A DNA stretch of 64,000 nucleotides from Candidatus Undivivens industriae (GTDB lineage Bacteria > Omnitrophota > Gorgyraeia > Gygaellales > Profunditerraquicolaceae), in assembly GCA_012514745.1 (NCBI GenBank), contig JAAYZR010000002.1, positions 40,962-104,961 on the forward strand, in the 5' to 3' direction. Positions 8,738 through 17,126 of the stretch are shown here, one piece after another. Position 1 is the first letter of the stretch. Each line of letters begins with the position of its first letter. The position numbers and the translations under genes were made by a program. The notes under the pieces were generated by a model that searched no databases, was not told where the DNA came from, and saw only the letters and a program-made list of their open reading frames with translations.

Positions 8738-9172
8738 ATGAGGCGGAGCGCTTTTACAATAATAGAAATGATGGCGGTGGTGGTAATTGTAGGAATATTA
8801 TCATCGCTGGCCGTTCTGGATTTTCATAAGACAGTGGAAAGGAACAAAGCCAAGGCCGCGGAGTATCATCTTAAAAGCATCTATAACGCCCAGAAAAGGT
8901 ATAAACTGGATAATGGCGAGTACTTTGTCTGTTCCAACACCGAGGGAGTGGTAAAGGAAGAGGAAATAGGCAAGGCATTATTCCCTAATTCAATAAATGC
9001 CGATGCTTACAGGAATATAGGAGATACGCTTTTTTCTTACGATATACAGGCCACGGAGGACGGAGGATATACGGTTACGGCGACGCGTAAATCCGGCATG
9101 TGCGCCGGCCGCACGGTCAAGATCACCGATGCCGGAGGGGTCCCCGACAAGGAGTGCCCGGTATGGAAATGA
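8738..9172 (+). CDS. Type IV pilin (PilE-like)
   Basis: Class III signal MRRSA|FTIIEMMAVVVIVGIL; C-terminal Cys pair. Confidence 0.88.
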   Translation: MRRSAFTIIEMMAVVVIVGILSSLAVLDFHKTVERNKAKAAEYHLKSIYNAQKRYKLDNGEYFVCSNTEGVVKEEEIGKALFPNSINADAYRNIGDTLFSYDIQATEDGGYTVTATRKSGMCAGRTVKITDAGGVPDKECPVWK

Positions 9173-10455
9173 AGAAGAAGTTTTTTGTATTGGCCGCGGT
9201 ATTGCTGTTTCTCGCCGCCTTCCAACTCTACTCGAAGCATGCCGCTTACGCCAAGGATAAATACCTTAAGTACCTGCCCCAGAACCAGTTTGTGGATATG
9301 GTCAGCAAGGACGTGAACAAGACCGTCTCAGAAGTCATTTGTTCTTATACCACGAATCTGTTCAAGAAGGTCAAAGAATGCGAAGCCTGCATAAACGCCC
9401 AGGCAACATGCCCGGACTGTTGTTTGAACAACGCGAAGACGGCGATCGCCTGCACGCCGTCCGCCGGGCCCCAGTATCAGTGTTCGGCTGCCCCTTTCAG
9501 CGCCTCCGATACCGCCGAAGGCTATTGCAGCGCTTACAAGAGCTGTATGTCGGGTTATACTTCTTCCCCCAATCTGTGTTCCGACCCGAGTTCTCTGAAT
9601 TGCCACAAACGGGGATGCGGTTCCACGGAACCGGATGGAGAATGCGACGGCTACATCTGCGACGAGAATAACCTTTCTCCGAAGACGCCGGCATGTTCCC
9701 CCGTCTCGGACAGCGGGCTGGCTAAATGTTCTTCATACTCGCCTTACACCAGCATCACCAAAATCTGTACCAAGACCAACCCCCATACGGGACAGTGCAT
9801 AGAATACCGTTACAAGTATGCGGTGAATCCGCAGTATCAATCCTGTATCAATAAATGTAATACTTATGTCGATAAATACAGGAATTGCCGGCAGACGGTG
9901 GAATGCTGCAAGAAGAATGCCTGCACCAGCGGATATTCGGCGAATTGCACACAGTCCGACTGCGAGATCAGGCTCTCAAGCACGGCCTGCGCCAATTATA
10001 CCGCCGGCGACTGCGTGGCGCTGGAAAATCAGGTGCTCGAGTGCCTGGATGCCGCCGGGGACTGCCGCCAGTGTTTTAAGGATATAGATTCCGATTTCGC
10101 GTATAAATTCGTGGCCAAAAGCCGGGAAAAGGTCGTGGTCATCTGGCAGATGTCCTCCACCCCCTTGATGACTCCGGCCGACGGCACCAAGACCTATTTC
10201 TATACCATGATCAAGGTGATAGACGATGAGAGCGGAGACGTCGTGCACCAGAGTTTCGTGAGCCAGAAGAATTTCAGCGAGGCATTCTCGGTGTTCGCGG
10301 CCACGAACGTCTCGGAAAAGACCGGCGATAATCCCGGTCTTGAAGCGGGCAGAAGATATCGTGTGAAACTATACTATTTCATTCCGGAAGTGGGAGAAGG
10401 CCTTAAAATAGAGGTGAATACGGTGCAGATGATAATAATCAGGATTAGAGAATGA
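9163..10455 (+). CDS. Secreted cysteine-rich protein (32 Cys) with C-terminal beta-rich domain
   Basis: AAGGAG at 9149-9154 supports ATG 9163; signal peptide MKKKFFVLAAVLLFLAAF...AYA; no recognisable family. Confidence 0.8.
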   Translation: MEMKKKFFVLAAVLLFLAAFQLYSKHAAYAKDKYLKYLPQNQFVDMVSKDVNKTVSEVICSYTTNLFKKVKECEACINAQATCPDCCLNNAKTAIACTPSAGPQYQCSAAPFSASDTAEGYCSAYKSCMSGYTSSPNLCSDPSSLNCHKRGCGSTEPDGECDGYICDENNLSPKTPACSPVSDSGLAKCSSYSPYTSITKICTKTNPHTGQCIEYRYKYAVNPQYQSCINKCNTYVDKYRNCRQTVECCKKNACTSGYSANCTQSDCEIRLSSTACANYTAGDCVALENQVLECLDAAGDCRQCFKDIDSDFAYKFVAKSREKVVVIWQMSSTPLMTPADGTKTYFYTMIKVIDDESGDVVHQSFVSQKNFSEAFSVFAATNVSEKTGDNPGLEAGRRYRVKLYYFIPEVGEGLKIEVNTVQMIIIRIRE

Positions 10456-10510
10456 TAGCATCATCATCCCGTCCGCCGCCACGGCCCGGGATGTAAAAAA
10501 GGAGGTAGGT

Positions 10511-11257
10511 ATGTGGTACAGAAAAGTTGTTGCCGTTATCGCGTTTTGCGTCCTGGCTTCACCGGCTTTAGCCGAGAAGACCAGCATGACGGTCAATCCC
10601 GCGCCGATGACGGAGCAGGTGCTGGGAACGACGGAGGCGAATTTGCCGCCGGCTAAATTCCCCAAGTTCGCCAATGAAGGGGACAACGCCGAATGCAAGG
10701 AATATCTGGAGGCCCAGTATCCCGAAGGCTTGAGCCTGGCCCCGATCTGCACAGTCAGCAAACTCGGGGACGGGACAAAAGTGGGAGAATGCCAGGATTA
10801 CACTCAGATCCCGGGAATGGAAAAAGTTAGCTTCGAAGTCCCGGAGGCCTATAGAAAGACCGCCACCGTATTGGTTACCTGGACGATAAGAGTGGAAGGG
10901 TTGGGCACTGAGGGTTATACTATCTGGCCGCAGTTGTGTAACAGTTGGCACGGGACGTCGGAGCAGTCTTTTCCCCAGGACGTGGTTAAGACCCGGCTTT
11001 ATGTGAACAACACCCTGCTGGGGCAGGACGCGGTGATGACCATCCCTGCGGGGAACAGCGTCACCCTTACCCAGGTCCAGGACCCCACGCATACCGGCAG
11101 TTATCTGATCAAACCGAGCGATTTCGGCGGAGAACTCCCGGCGACCCTGGACATCCGGCTGAAATGGATAAACGAAACATCCATGAAGATCGTCAGCCCG
11201 GCCAACATGCGCAGTATGCTCATCACGCTGACGCCTATAGGTGATATAAAAGAATAA
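10511..11257 (+). CDS. Secreted hypothetical protein, beta-rich
   Basis: AAGGAGG SD; signal peptide ending ALA|EK; four Cys in the mature part. Confidence 0.8.
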   Translation: MWYRKVVAVIAFCVLASPALAEKTSMTVNPAPMTEQVLGTTEANLPPAKFPKFANEGDNAECKEYLEAQYPEGLSLAPICTVSKLGDGTKVGECQDYTQIPGMEKVSFEVPEAYRKTATVLVTWTIRVEGLGTEGYTIWPQLCNSWHGTSEQSFPQDVVKTRLYVNNTLLGQDAVMTIPAGNSVTLTQVQDPTHTGSYLIKPSDFGGELPATLDIRLKWINETSMKIVSPANMRSMLITLTPIGDIKE

Positions 11258-11272
11258 GAGGCGTTTTTTGGT

Positions 11273-11320
11273 AAAACCCGCCGGCCGCGGCCTGGCGCAT
11301 GGCCGGCCGGCGGAGTTTTT
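11273..11320 (+). terminator. Intrinsic terminator-like hairpin
   Basis: AAAAC-CCGCCGGC..CGGCC/GGCCG-GCCGGCGG-AGTTTTT just after the stop at 11257. Confidence 0.7.
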
Positions 11321-11354
11321 CCACACTCAGTCCTGGGATCCGCAGGATCCGGGT

Positions 11355-11495
11355 GATCTCGGCGGAGAACTCCCGGCGGGCCAGGACATCCGGTTGAAAA
11401 GGATAAACCAAACGTCCAGAAAGATCGTCAGTCCAGCTGACTGACATATGCAGCACACCGTTACGATGACGCCCAGAGGGGATATAAAGGAATAA
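11355..11495 (+). pseudogene. Degenerate copy of the last 46 codons (11120-11257) of the upstream gene
   Basis: Reads DLGGELPAGQDIRLKRINQTSRKIVSPAD*HMQHTVTMTPRGDIKE* versus DFGGELPATLDIRLKWINETSMKIVSPANMRSMLITLTPIGDIKE*; internal TGA and no start. Confidence 0.85.
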
Positions 11496-11502
11496 GGACA
11501 AG

Positions 11503-12324
11503 ATGACGCTAAAGCCTCGGGAAAACAAAAGCTTTACTCTGATAGAAGTCCTGGTTTCCATTATTATAGCCGTGATCATCTTCGCCGCACTTTCCAAAGG
11601 CATGGTCGGAGGAGGCTTCCTGCTTAAACAGGTGGAGAATAAGTCCCGCGCATGCGGGGTGACAGCGGCCAAGATGGAGGAGTATCTGGCCAAGGCGTAT
11701 TCTGCCCTGGAATCCGGGACATACAGCGGCGATCCCGTAGATTACGGCTCGAAGCCGGTATTCGACTGGACGGTGAAGGTAGAGAAAAAATGGATGGGAG
11801 ACGACCCCGACACCGTCGACCAGGAAGGAGTGCCTTACAATCTGATAACCGTGAATTCTTCGTATGATGAGACCGACTACAAGAATATCTTTCATACCAA
11901 GAACGTTCGGTTCGTCAATATGGTGCCTTACCCCTACGTTCACGCGGAGATAAAGACTCTTTCTTCCTCCTTAAGCGTTCCCCCCAACAGTTACACCGAG
12001 ATCTTCAGGATCAAGATAGATTACGAGGTGGCGAAAGACCTGATGATAATATATAATATCGCCATCAAAGTGAAGAACGCCGGCGGACTGGAAGCCACCA
12101 ATACCATATATACCAAGTGTTTCGTCGACTCAGAGGGCAAGGACATAGAGACGAGGACTCCCATCATAACGCAGCCTTTGATCAGCAATGTCGTGGGCGT
12201 CAACAACGTTCCGCCCGGAGAGCATACCGTTTCCGTGCAGTGGTATAAAGACACCGGCGCCGGGGACATTTCTTTGAAGGAGATCAACGTCATCGTGGTG
12301 GCGTTCGAGCACAAACAGTCATGA
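11503..12324 (+). CDS. Minor pilin (PilV-like N-terminus) with extra C-terminal beta domain
   Basis: ...ENKS|FTLIEVLVSIIIAVIIF prepilin motif; 273 aa is long for PilV. Confidence 0.82.
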   Translation: MTLKPRENKSFTLIEVLVSIIIAVIIFAALSKGMVGGGFLLKQVENKSRACGVTAAKMEEYLAKAYSALESGTYSGDPVDYGSKPVFDWTVKVEKKWMGDDPDTVDQEGVPYNLITVNSSYDETDYKNIFHTKNVRFVNMVPYPYVHAEIKTLSSSLSVPPNSYTEIFRIKIDYEVAKDLMIIYNIAIKVKNAGGLEATNTIYTKCFVDSEGKDIETRTPIITQPLISNVVGVNNVPPGEHTVSVQWYKDTGAGDISLKEINVIVVAFEHKQS

Positions 12325-12908
12325 AGAGTAAAGAAGCTTTCACGATAATAGAACTGCTCCTCGGAGTAGTCCTGGTCAGCGCCGTGATGATGATCATCGG
12401 CCTCGGGTTTATCTTCTTCAAAAAACAGATCGATATCTACGCCGAGCGCCAGCATATCTATTCGCAGATCGCTTATACGCTGGAGGATATGAAGCTGAGA
12501 TTGATAAGCGCCACCTGGGTTGACAACGACTCCGTGTTCAATCCGCCGGCGTTTAGCGGTGAACCGCAGGTAAATAACGAGATGTTCTTTCGCGGGCAGA
12601 AGGATATCTACAATGTCACCCCGGACGATCTGACCGACGACATCTGGTATAAATACGCGGTAGACCAGTCAACCGGGGACCTCGTGCTTTATACCTATAA
12701 TTCCGGCAAGGCGCTGCAAAAAAAGGAAGTGATGGTGGAAGGCAAGTATAAACCTAAACTGGAGTTCAGCTATAAGAAAGGTTACGAACCGAATTTCTGC
12801 GTAGTCACCCTTACGGTGCCGAGCGGGCGAGCCAACTTCATCGACATCCAGAACGACATCAAAAAGATGGAAGGGCTGCGCATCTGGTTCGTCGACGTGG
12901 TCAGATGA
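12321..12908 (+). CDS. Minor pilin (PilW/PulJ-like)
   Basis: MKSKEA|FTIIELLLGVVLVS prepilin motif; ATGA overlap with the previous gene. Confidence 0.82.
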   Translation: MKSKEAFTIIELLLGVVLVSAVMMIIGLGFIFFKKQIDIYAERQHIYSQIAYTLEDMKLRLISATWVDNDSVFNPPAFSGEPQVNNEMFFRGQKDIYNVTPDDLTDDIWYKYAVDQSTGDLVLYTYNSGKALQKKEVMVEGKYKPKLEFSYKKGYEPNFCVVTLTVPSGRANFIDIQNDIKKMEGLRIWFVDVVR

Positions 12909-13246
12909 TAATAGTCGTTATAGCGTTGTTCATAATAATGTCGGTGGTGGTATTCGCTTTCTTCGCCTACATACCGAACGTCCATTATCTGATCGAGAAC
13001 GACCTGCTGCGCAGGGCGAATTCCAATGCGGCGCTTTACGGCATGCAATACGGCCAGCTCGCCTGCCGCGCAAAGACTCTCTCCACGGAAGAGGGAAAAA
13101 CAAACACGGCCTCCGTGGATATGGGGTATCTCAAGAAGACGGACAGCAAGGAAATAGACAAGCTGCTCTTCGATATAAAGTTATTATCGGAAGACGGCGG
13201 ACAGATGCTGGACATCGAAGTTAAGCACAGCCTTTCTTCACAATAA
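12905..13246 (+). CDS. Small membrane-anchored protein, PilX-like position
   Basis: Hydrophobic N-terminus without E5, then RANSNAALYG resembling the PilX helix; follows PilV/PilW-like genes. Confidence 0.55.
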   Translation: MIIVVIALFIIMSVVVFAFFAYIPNVHYLIENDLLRRANSNAALYGMQYGQLACRAKTLSTEEGKTNTASVDMGYLKKTDSKEIDKLLFDIKLLSEDGGQMLDIEVKHSLSSQ

Positions 13247-13265
13247 TCCTTTTTAAAACGCGATA

Positions 13266-14255
13266 ATGAAAAAAAACCGTATTATGATCCTGAGTACGGC
13301 GGCAGCCGTATTTCTCCTCGCCGCCGGCTCGGCGGCCCTGGTATATCACAAGGCCGTCAGCGAAAGGGAAGAGCAGAACCGCCGCATACTTGAGGCGCGC
13401 AGGAATGCCTGGAAGTCCCTGGAAGAAAGGCTGCGGGCGGACGCCTTTCGCAGCGCGGGGGTTGTCCCAGGCATTGTCGTGGAGGATCTTTCTACCGGCT
13501 GGAGGATAGAGATCAATCCGGACATGCTTTTCCCTTCGGCCAGCCTGGCCAAAGTGCCGATCATGGCTTCCTGTTTTCTCTCCGCCGCCGGCAACAAGCT
13601 TGATCTGGAGAGTAAGGTAAAGCTGTTGCGGCGGGACAAAGTCGCCGGCTCCGGAGTGATAAAGAACCTGCCGGACGGTTCGGTATTCAGCGTAAACGAG
13701 CTGATGACCATCATGATAACTAAAAGCGATAACACCGCCAGCAATCTGTTGATAGACCTTCTGGGCCGGAATTATCTGAACGAATCGTTTCATAAACTGG
13801 GGTTGAGAAACACCAACCTGGCCAGGAAGATGATGGATTTCTTCAGCAGAAAACAGGGCAGGGAGAATTATACTACCGCCAGGGACATGGCTTTTCTTCT
13901 GGAAGAGATCTACTACGGCCGCCTGATAAACAGGGAATATTCGCGCCGATGCCTGGAGATGCTCATGGCCCAGAAGATCCGCGACCGTATCCCGGCAAGG
14001 CTTCCTCCCGGCACGCCTGTGGCGCATAAAACCGGGCTTGAATACGGGGTCTGCCATGACGCCGGAATAGTATTTGTTCCGGAAGGCAATTTTATCATAT
14101 GCGTGCTTACCAGGCATAATTACAAGAATTCCTATCCTGCCAAGAGATTCATCGCCCGCATAGCCGGAAAAGTCTATGATTTCTACCGCACCGAGATCCC
14201 CCTGGCCACTGCCGCCGTCAGCGGAAAAAACAATAACTACGCCTCAGGGAATTGA
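13266..14255 (+). CDS. Class A beta-lactamase-related serine hydrolase, membrane anchored
   Basis: SLAK (SxxK), SDN, HKTG motifs; N-terminal TM and coiled segment. Confidence 0.88.
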   Translation: MKKNRIMILSTAAAVFLLAAGSAALVYHKAVSEREEQNRRILEARRNAWKSLEERLRADAFRSAGVVPGIVVEDLSTGWRIEINPDMLFPSASLAKVPIMASCFLSAAGNKLDLESKVKLLRRDKVAGSGVIKNLPDGSVFSVNELMTIMITKSDNTASNLLIDLLGRNYLNESFHKLGLRNTNLARKMMDFFSRKQGRENYTTARDMAFLLEEIYYGRLINREYSRRCLEMLMAQKIRDRIPARLPPGTPVAHKTGLEYGVCHDAGIVFVPEGNFIICVLTRHNYKNSYPAKRFIARIAGKVYDFYRTEIPLATAAVSGKNNNYASGN

Positions 14256-14368
14256 CCGCAGGTCCTTTCTTGCCGGCTTTCCTTTACTGCCTATATATGG
14301 CTGTGTACCGATCAAACCCGGGTTTCTCCGGGAAAAGACAGGGCCCTGGGGCGAGGAAATATTTTGGC

Positions 14369-14416
14369 TTGACATATATTTGTAGTATGCTATAATTTTA
14401 GTGTATACATCAAAAT
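14369..14416 (+). promoter_or_regulatory. sigma70 promoter with probable TetR operator
   Basis: TTGACA-16-TATAAT with TG extension, followed by the palindrome TTTT-AG-TGTATACA-TC-AAAA. Confidence 0.7.
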
Positions 14417-14430
14417 AAAAAGGAGCCGCG

Positions 14431-15108
14431 GTGAGCCGGGAAAAACATTCGTTGCGTGAAATAAAACACGCCAGGACAAAGATCGCGATTATGAAAGCCC
14501 TGGTCGTGGCCATGGAGAAGGCCCGCTATGACGATATCTCCATAAAACGCATCTGCCGGGACGCCGAGATCTCCGAGGGAACATTCTTCAATTATTTCCC
14601 GGAAAAGATCGACATCGTCCATTTTTTTATACATACCCTCCTGTTAAAAGCGATCTGGCAGGCTCAGCGGTTTGTCCCGGAGCGCCATAAGCTTCTCCTG
14701 GTGGAGGCGGTTATGGAGAATCTCGCCGGTTCTATCCCGAATGCAAACATTATGTATCAGTTGATCGCCGCCATGATCAACCGGCGGGAATTACCGCGGA
14801 AAGGAACTGTAACCGCGCTGGAAAGAGCTCTCCTGTATCCCGGATGCGAGGGGATAGAGGAGATAGAAATGACCGATATCGAGTCCTTCTTCGCGGAGTG
14901 TCTCAAAGGAGCGGTGAAGAACGGGGAATTGCCTAAGAAAACCGATTTGGAAGACGCCGCGGTATCCTTGATGACTATTTTGACCGGGACTCTGCTGGCG
15001 ACTAAATTCTCGGACAACGATAACGGGAACATCATGTACCATTTCAAACGCCAGTTGCGGATATTGTGGCGCGGCATCGGCGCCCTCAAGCGAGGCTGCA
15101 ATGAATAA
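14431..15108 (+). CDS. TetR/AcrR family transcriptional regulator
   Basis: ISIKRICRDAEISEGTFFNYFPEK HTH; AAGGAG SD before GTG. Confidence 0.92.
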   Translation: MSREKHSLREIKHARTKIAIMKALVVAMEKARYDDISIKRICRDAEISEGTFFNYFPEKIDIVHFFIHTLLLKAIWQAQRFVPERHKLLLVEAVMENLAGSIPNANIMYQLIAAMINRRELPRKGTVTALERALLYPGCEGIEEIEMTDIESFFAECLKGAVKNGELPKKTDLEDAAVSLMTILTGTLLATKFSDNDNGNIMYHFKRQLRILWRGIGALKRGCNE

Positions 15109-16447
15109 ACTTTGCCTGTGGACGGCTGTTTTCTTTGCCGTGGGACAGCCGGTTTTAACAGCGACCCCGGCGGCGGCAGAATCCGGCAGGAGCGTCGTCA
15201 GGGAAGTCGGCCTGGATGATGTGATACGCCTCTCCCTGCATAACAGCGAAGAGTTGAAAATACAGGATAATCAAGTGGGCAGAAGCGAAGGGGTCTATAA
15301 ACAAGTTCGCTCCGACATCCTGCCGCATTTAAACGTCAAAGCGGTCTGGACCAACAATATGGAATATCCCGATTCCGCTGCCGAGGATATGACCGACCAC
15401 GCTCTGGAAGGCGGCTTGAGCGCTTCACAGGTGCTCTGGTCATTCGGCAAAGTGGCGTTCGCCGTCAAATCCTCCAGGCAGTCGCTGGAGGCGGTGAAGT
15501 TCAACCGTGAAGCCGGACGGCAGGATATAATCTACGCCGCCAAACTGGGATATTACGGCACTCTTCTTGCCAGAAATACCCTGTCCATAACCGAGAAATC
15601 ATACGCTAATGCCGTTGAAAACAAAGAGCTTATGGGAAAACGCGCTTACGGAGGTCGCAGTTCAAAATATGAGATAATACGCATGAACGCGGAAGTGGCG
15701 GCGCGTATTCCCATGGTGAATGATGCCAGGACGGAATTCGATGCGGCCACCGAGACCCTGAAAAAGATGATAGATGCCGAGCCCGATTGCAAGCTTGCCC
15801 TCAGCGGGAATTTCTCGCAAGAATACGCCGATTTTAATTACGCGTCCCTGGTTTCTCTGATGAACGCGCGTGAACCGTCTTTGAAAAGCCTGAATAAGAA
15901 TATTGAAGCTGCCGAGTCGCAGTTAAGAAGCAGATATGGCGCTCTGCTTCCCACCTTATCCGCTTTCGCGTCTCTAAGCCGGGCGGGCGGCTCAAATCAG
16001 CATTCCTTTCTGCGTGGCGACAGGCTGGATCCATATACCAGCGCCGGACTGAAGGTGGAATTTCCCATCTGGGAAGGTGGATTGAAAGAAGCGCAATTAA
16101 GGCAGTCCCATGCGGATAAAGAGATAGCCGTTTTGCGCAGAAAACAGGCCGGCAAGGAACTGCTCCTGGAACTCAAAAGGTCCTGTTTGGAATACCGGCA
16201 GTACAAAAGCAACCTGGCGGCCAATATCGATGCCGTAAGCCTGGCCGAAGAATCTTTTAGGCAATCCCAGGAGATGTTCTATTCCGGGCAGATAAGCCTG
16301 GCGGATCTGAATGACGCGGAGCTGCTTTTGACGAACCAGAGGCTCAATAAGGAAATCACGCTTTACAATATAAATATCACACTCGCGAAGATAGAGAAGT
16401 TGATCGCGGGGGAATATGAAGAACGGGGGCGCGATGACCGGTCTTAA
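15101..16447 (+). CDS. TolC family outer membrane protein
   Basis: Signal peptide, two OEP repeats (LPHLNV / LPTLSA, FPIWEGG). Confidence 0.9.
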   Translation: MNKLCLWTAVFFAVGQPVLTATPAAAESGRSVVREVGLDDVIRLSLHNSEELKIQDNQVGRSEGVYKQVRSDILPHLNVKAVWTNNMEYPDSAAEDMTDHALEGGLSASQVLWSFGKVAFAVKSSRQSLEAVKFNREAGRQDIIYAAKLGYYGTLLARNTLSITEKSYANAVENKELMGKRAYGGRSSKYEIIRMNAEVAARIPMVNDARTEFDAATETLKKMIDAEPDCKLALSGNFSQEYADFNYASLVSLMNAREPSLKSLNKNIEAAESQLRSRYGALLPTLSAFASLSRAGGSNQHSFLRGDRLDPYTSAGLKVEFPIWEGGLKEAQLRQSHADKEIAVLRRKQAGKELLLELKRSCLEYRQYKSNLAANIDAVSLAEESFRQSQEMFYSGQISLADLNDAELLLTNQRLNKEITLYNINITLAKIEKLIAGEYEERGRDDRS

Positions 16448-17126
16448 GAGCCGAAAGATAATCTATGCGCTCGTGGTCGCGGCCTGTCTTTCTGCGATAG
16501 CCCTGCGGGTCAAGGTCGTAAGAGCCGGGCGCATCCGGCCCATCATCAGTTATTATGCCCAGTGGCAGAAGGACGGCAAACCGGTGGAGGTCAAGACAGT
16601 CGAATCTAAGGATCTGCCGGTGTATTCGCGTTTCACCGTGAAAGTGTCGGATGGGCGCCTTGCCGAAGGGTTCGTTACCGGCGACGTCAAAGATGTCCTC
16701 CGGGAAGGCCAGGACATATACGATGAAGACCGGGCGGTCCCGTGCGCAGCAGTCAGGAAAGCCGGCAAGGAACTGGACATAGGCACCGGGATGTTTCCCG
16801 TGCAGGTGATATTCAACTCTCCGCGCGATCCCGGGGCTTTCTTTGTGGTCTCCGCGCACACGAGAACGCTGCGGGATGTCCTTGCAGTCCCCAACGAGGT
16901 ATTGGATATCTCCGGAGGGGAGTATTTTATATGGCAGGACGATAACGGCTTTGCTAGGAAAAAGAAAGTTTCGGTCGGTGCCCGCGACGGTTACGGCGCG
17001 GTGATAACTTCCGGTTTGCGCTCCGGGGACAAGGTGGTATTCAACGGGCAGAGCGGCCTGCGGGAGAATGAGAAGCTTCTGGTTCAAGAGCAGCCCGCCG
17101 CCGTAGGTGAAGAGAAGAAACAATGA
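16416..17126 (+). CDS. RND periplasmic adaptor subunit, unusually short
   Basis: N-terminal TM, PVEV, LDIGTGMFPV, LAVPNE, SGLRSGDKVV; alternative start 16434. Confidence 0.75.
   Translation: MKNGGAMTGLKSRKIIYALVVAACLSAIALRVKVVRAGRIRPIISYYAQWQKDGKPVEVKTVESKDLPVYSRFTVKVSDGRLAEGFVTGDVKDVLREGQDIYDEDRAVPCAAVRKAGKELDIGTGMFPVQVIFNSPRDPGAFFVVSAHTRTLRDVLAVPNEVLDISGGEYFIWQDDNGFARKKKVSVGARDGYGAVITSGLRSGDKVVFNGQSGLRENEKLLVQEQPAAVGEEKKQ

Noticed and set aside
9163-10455. Multiheme cytochrome or RiPP precursor
   Set aside because: There are no CxxCH motifs. It is a 430-aa Sec-type protein with no adjacent maturases.
11120-11495. Diversity-generating retroelement (VR/TR pair)
   Set aside because: Mismatches are not confined to adenines of either copy, many are synonymous, there is an indel, and no reverse transcriptase is present in the window.
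13266-14255. Antibiotic-resistance beta-lactamase
   Set aside because: It lacks the omega-loop Glu166 motif.
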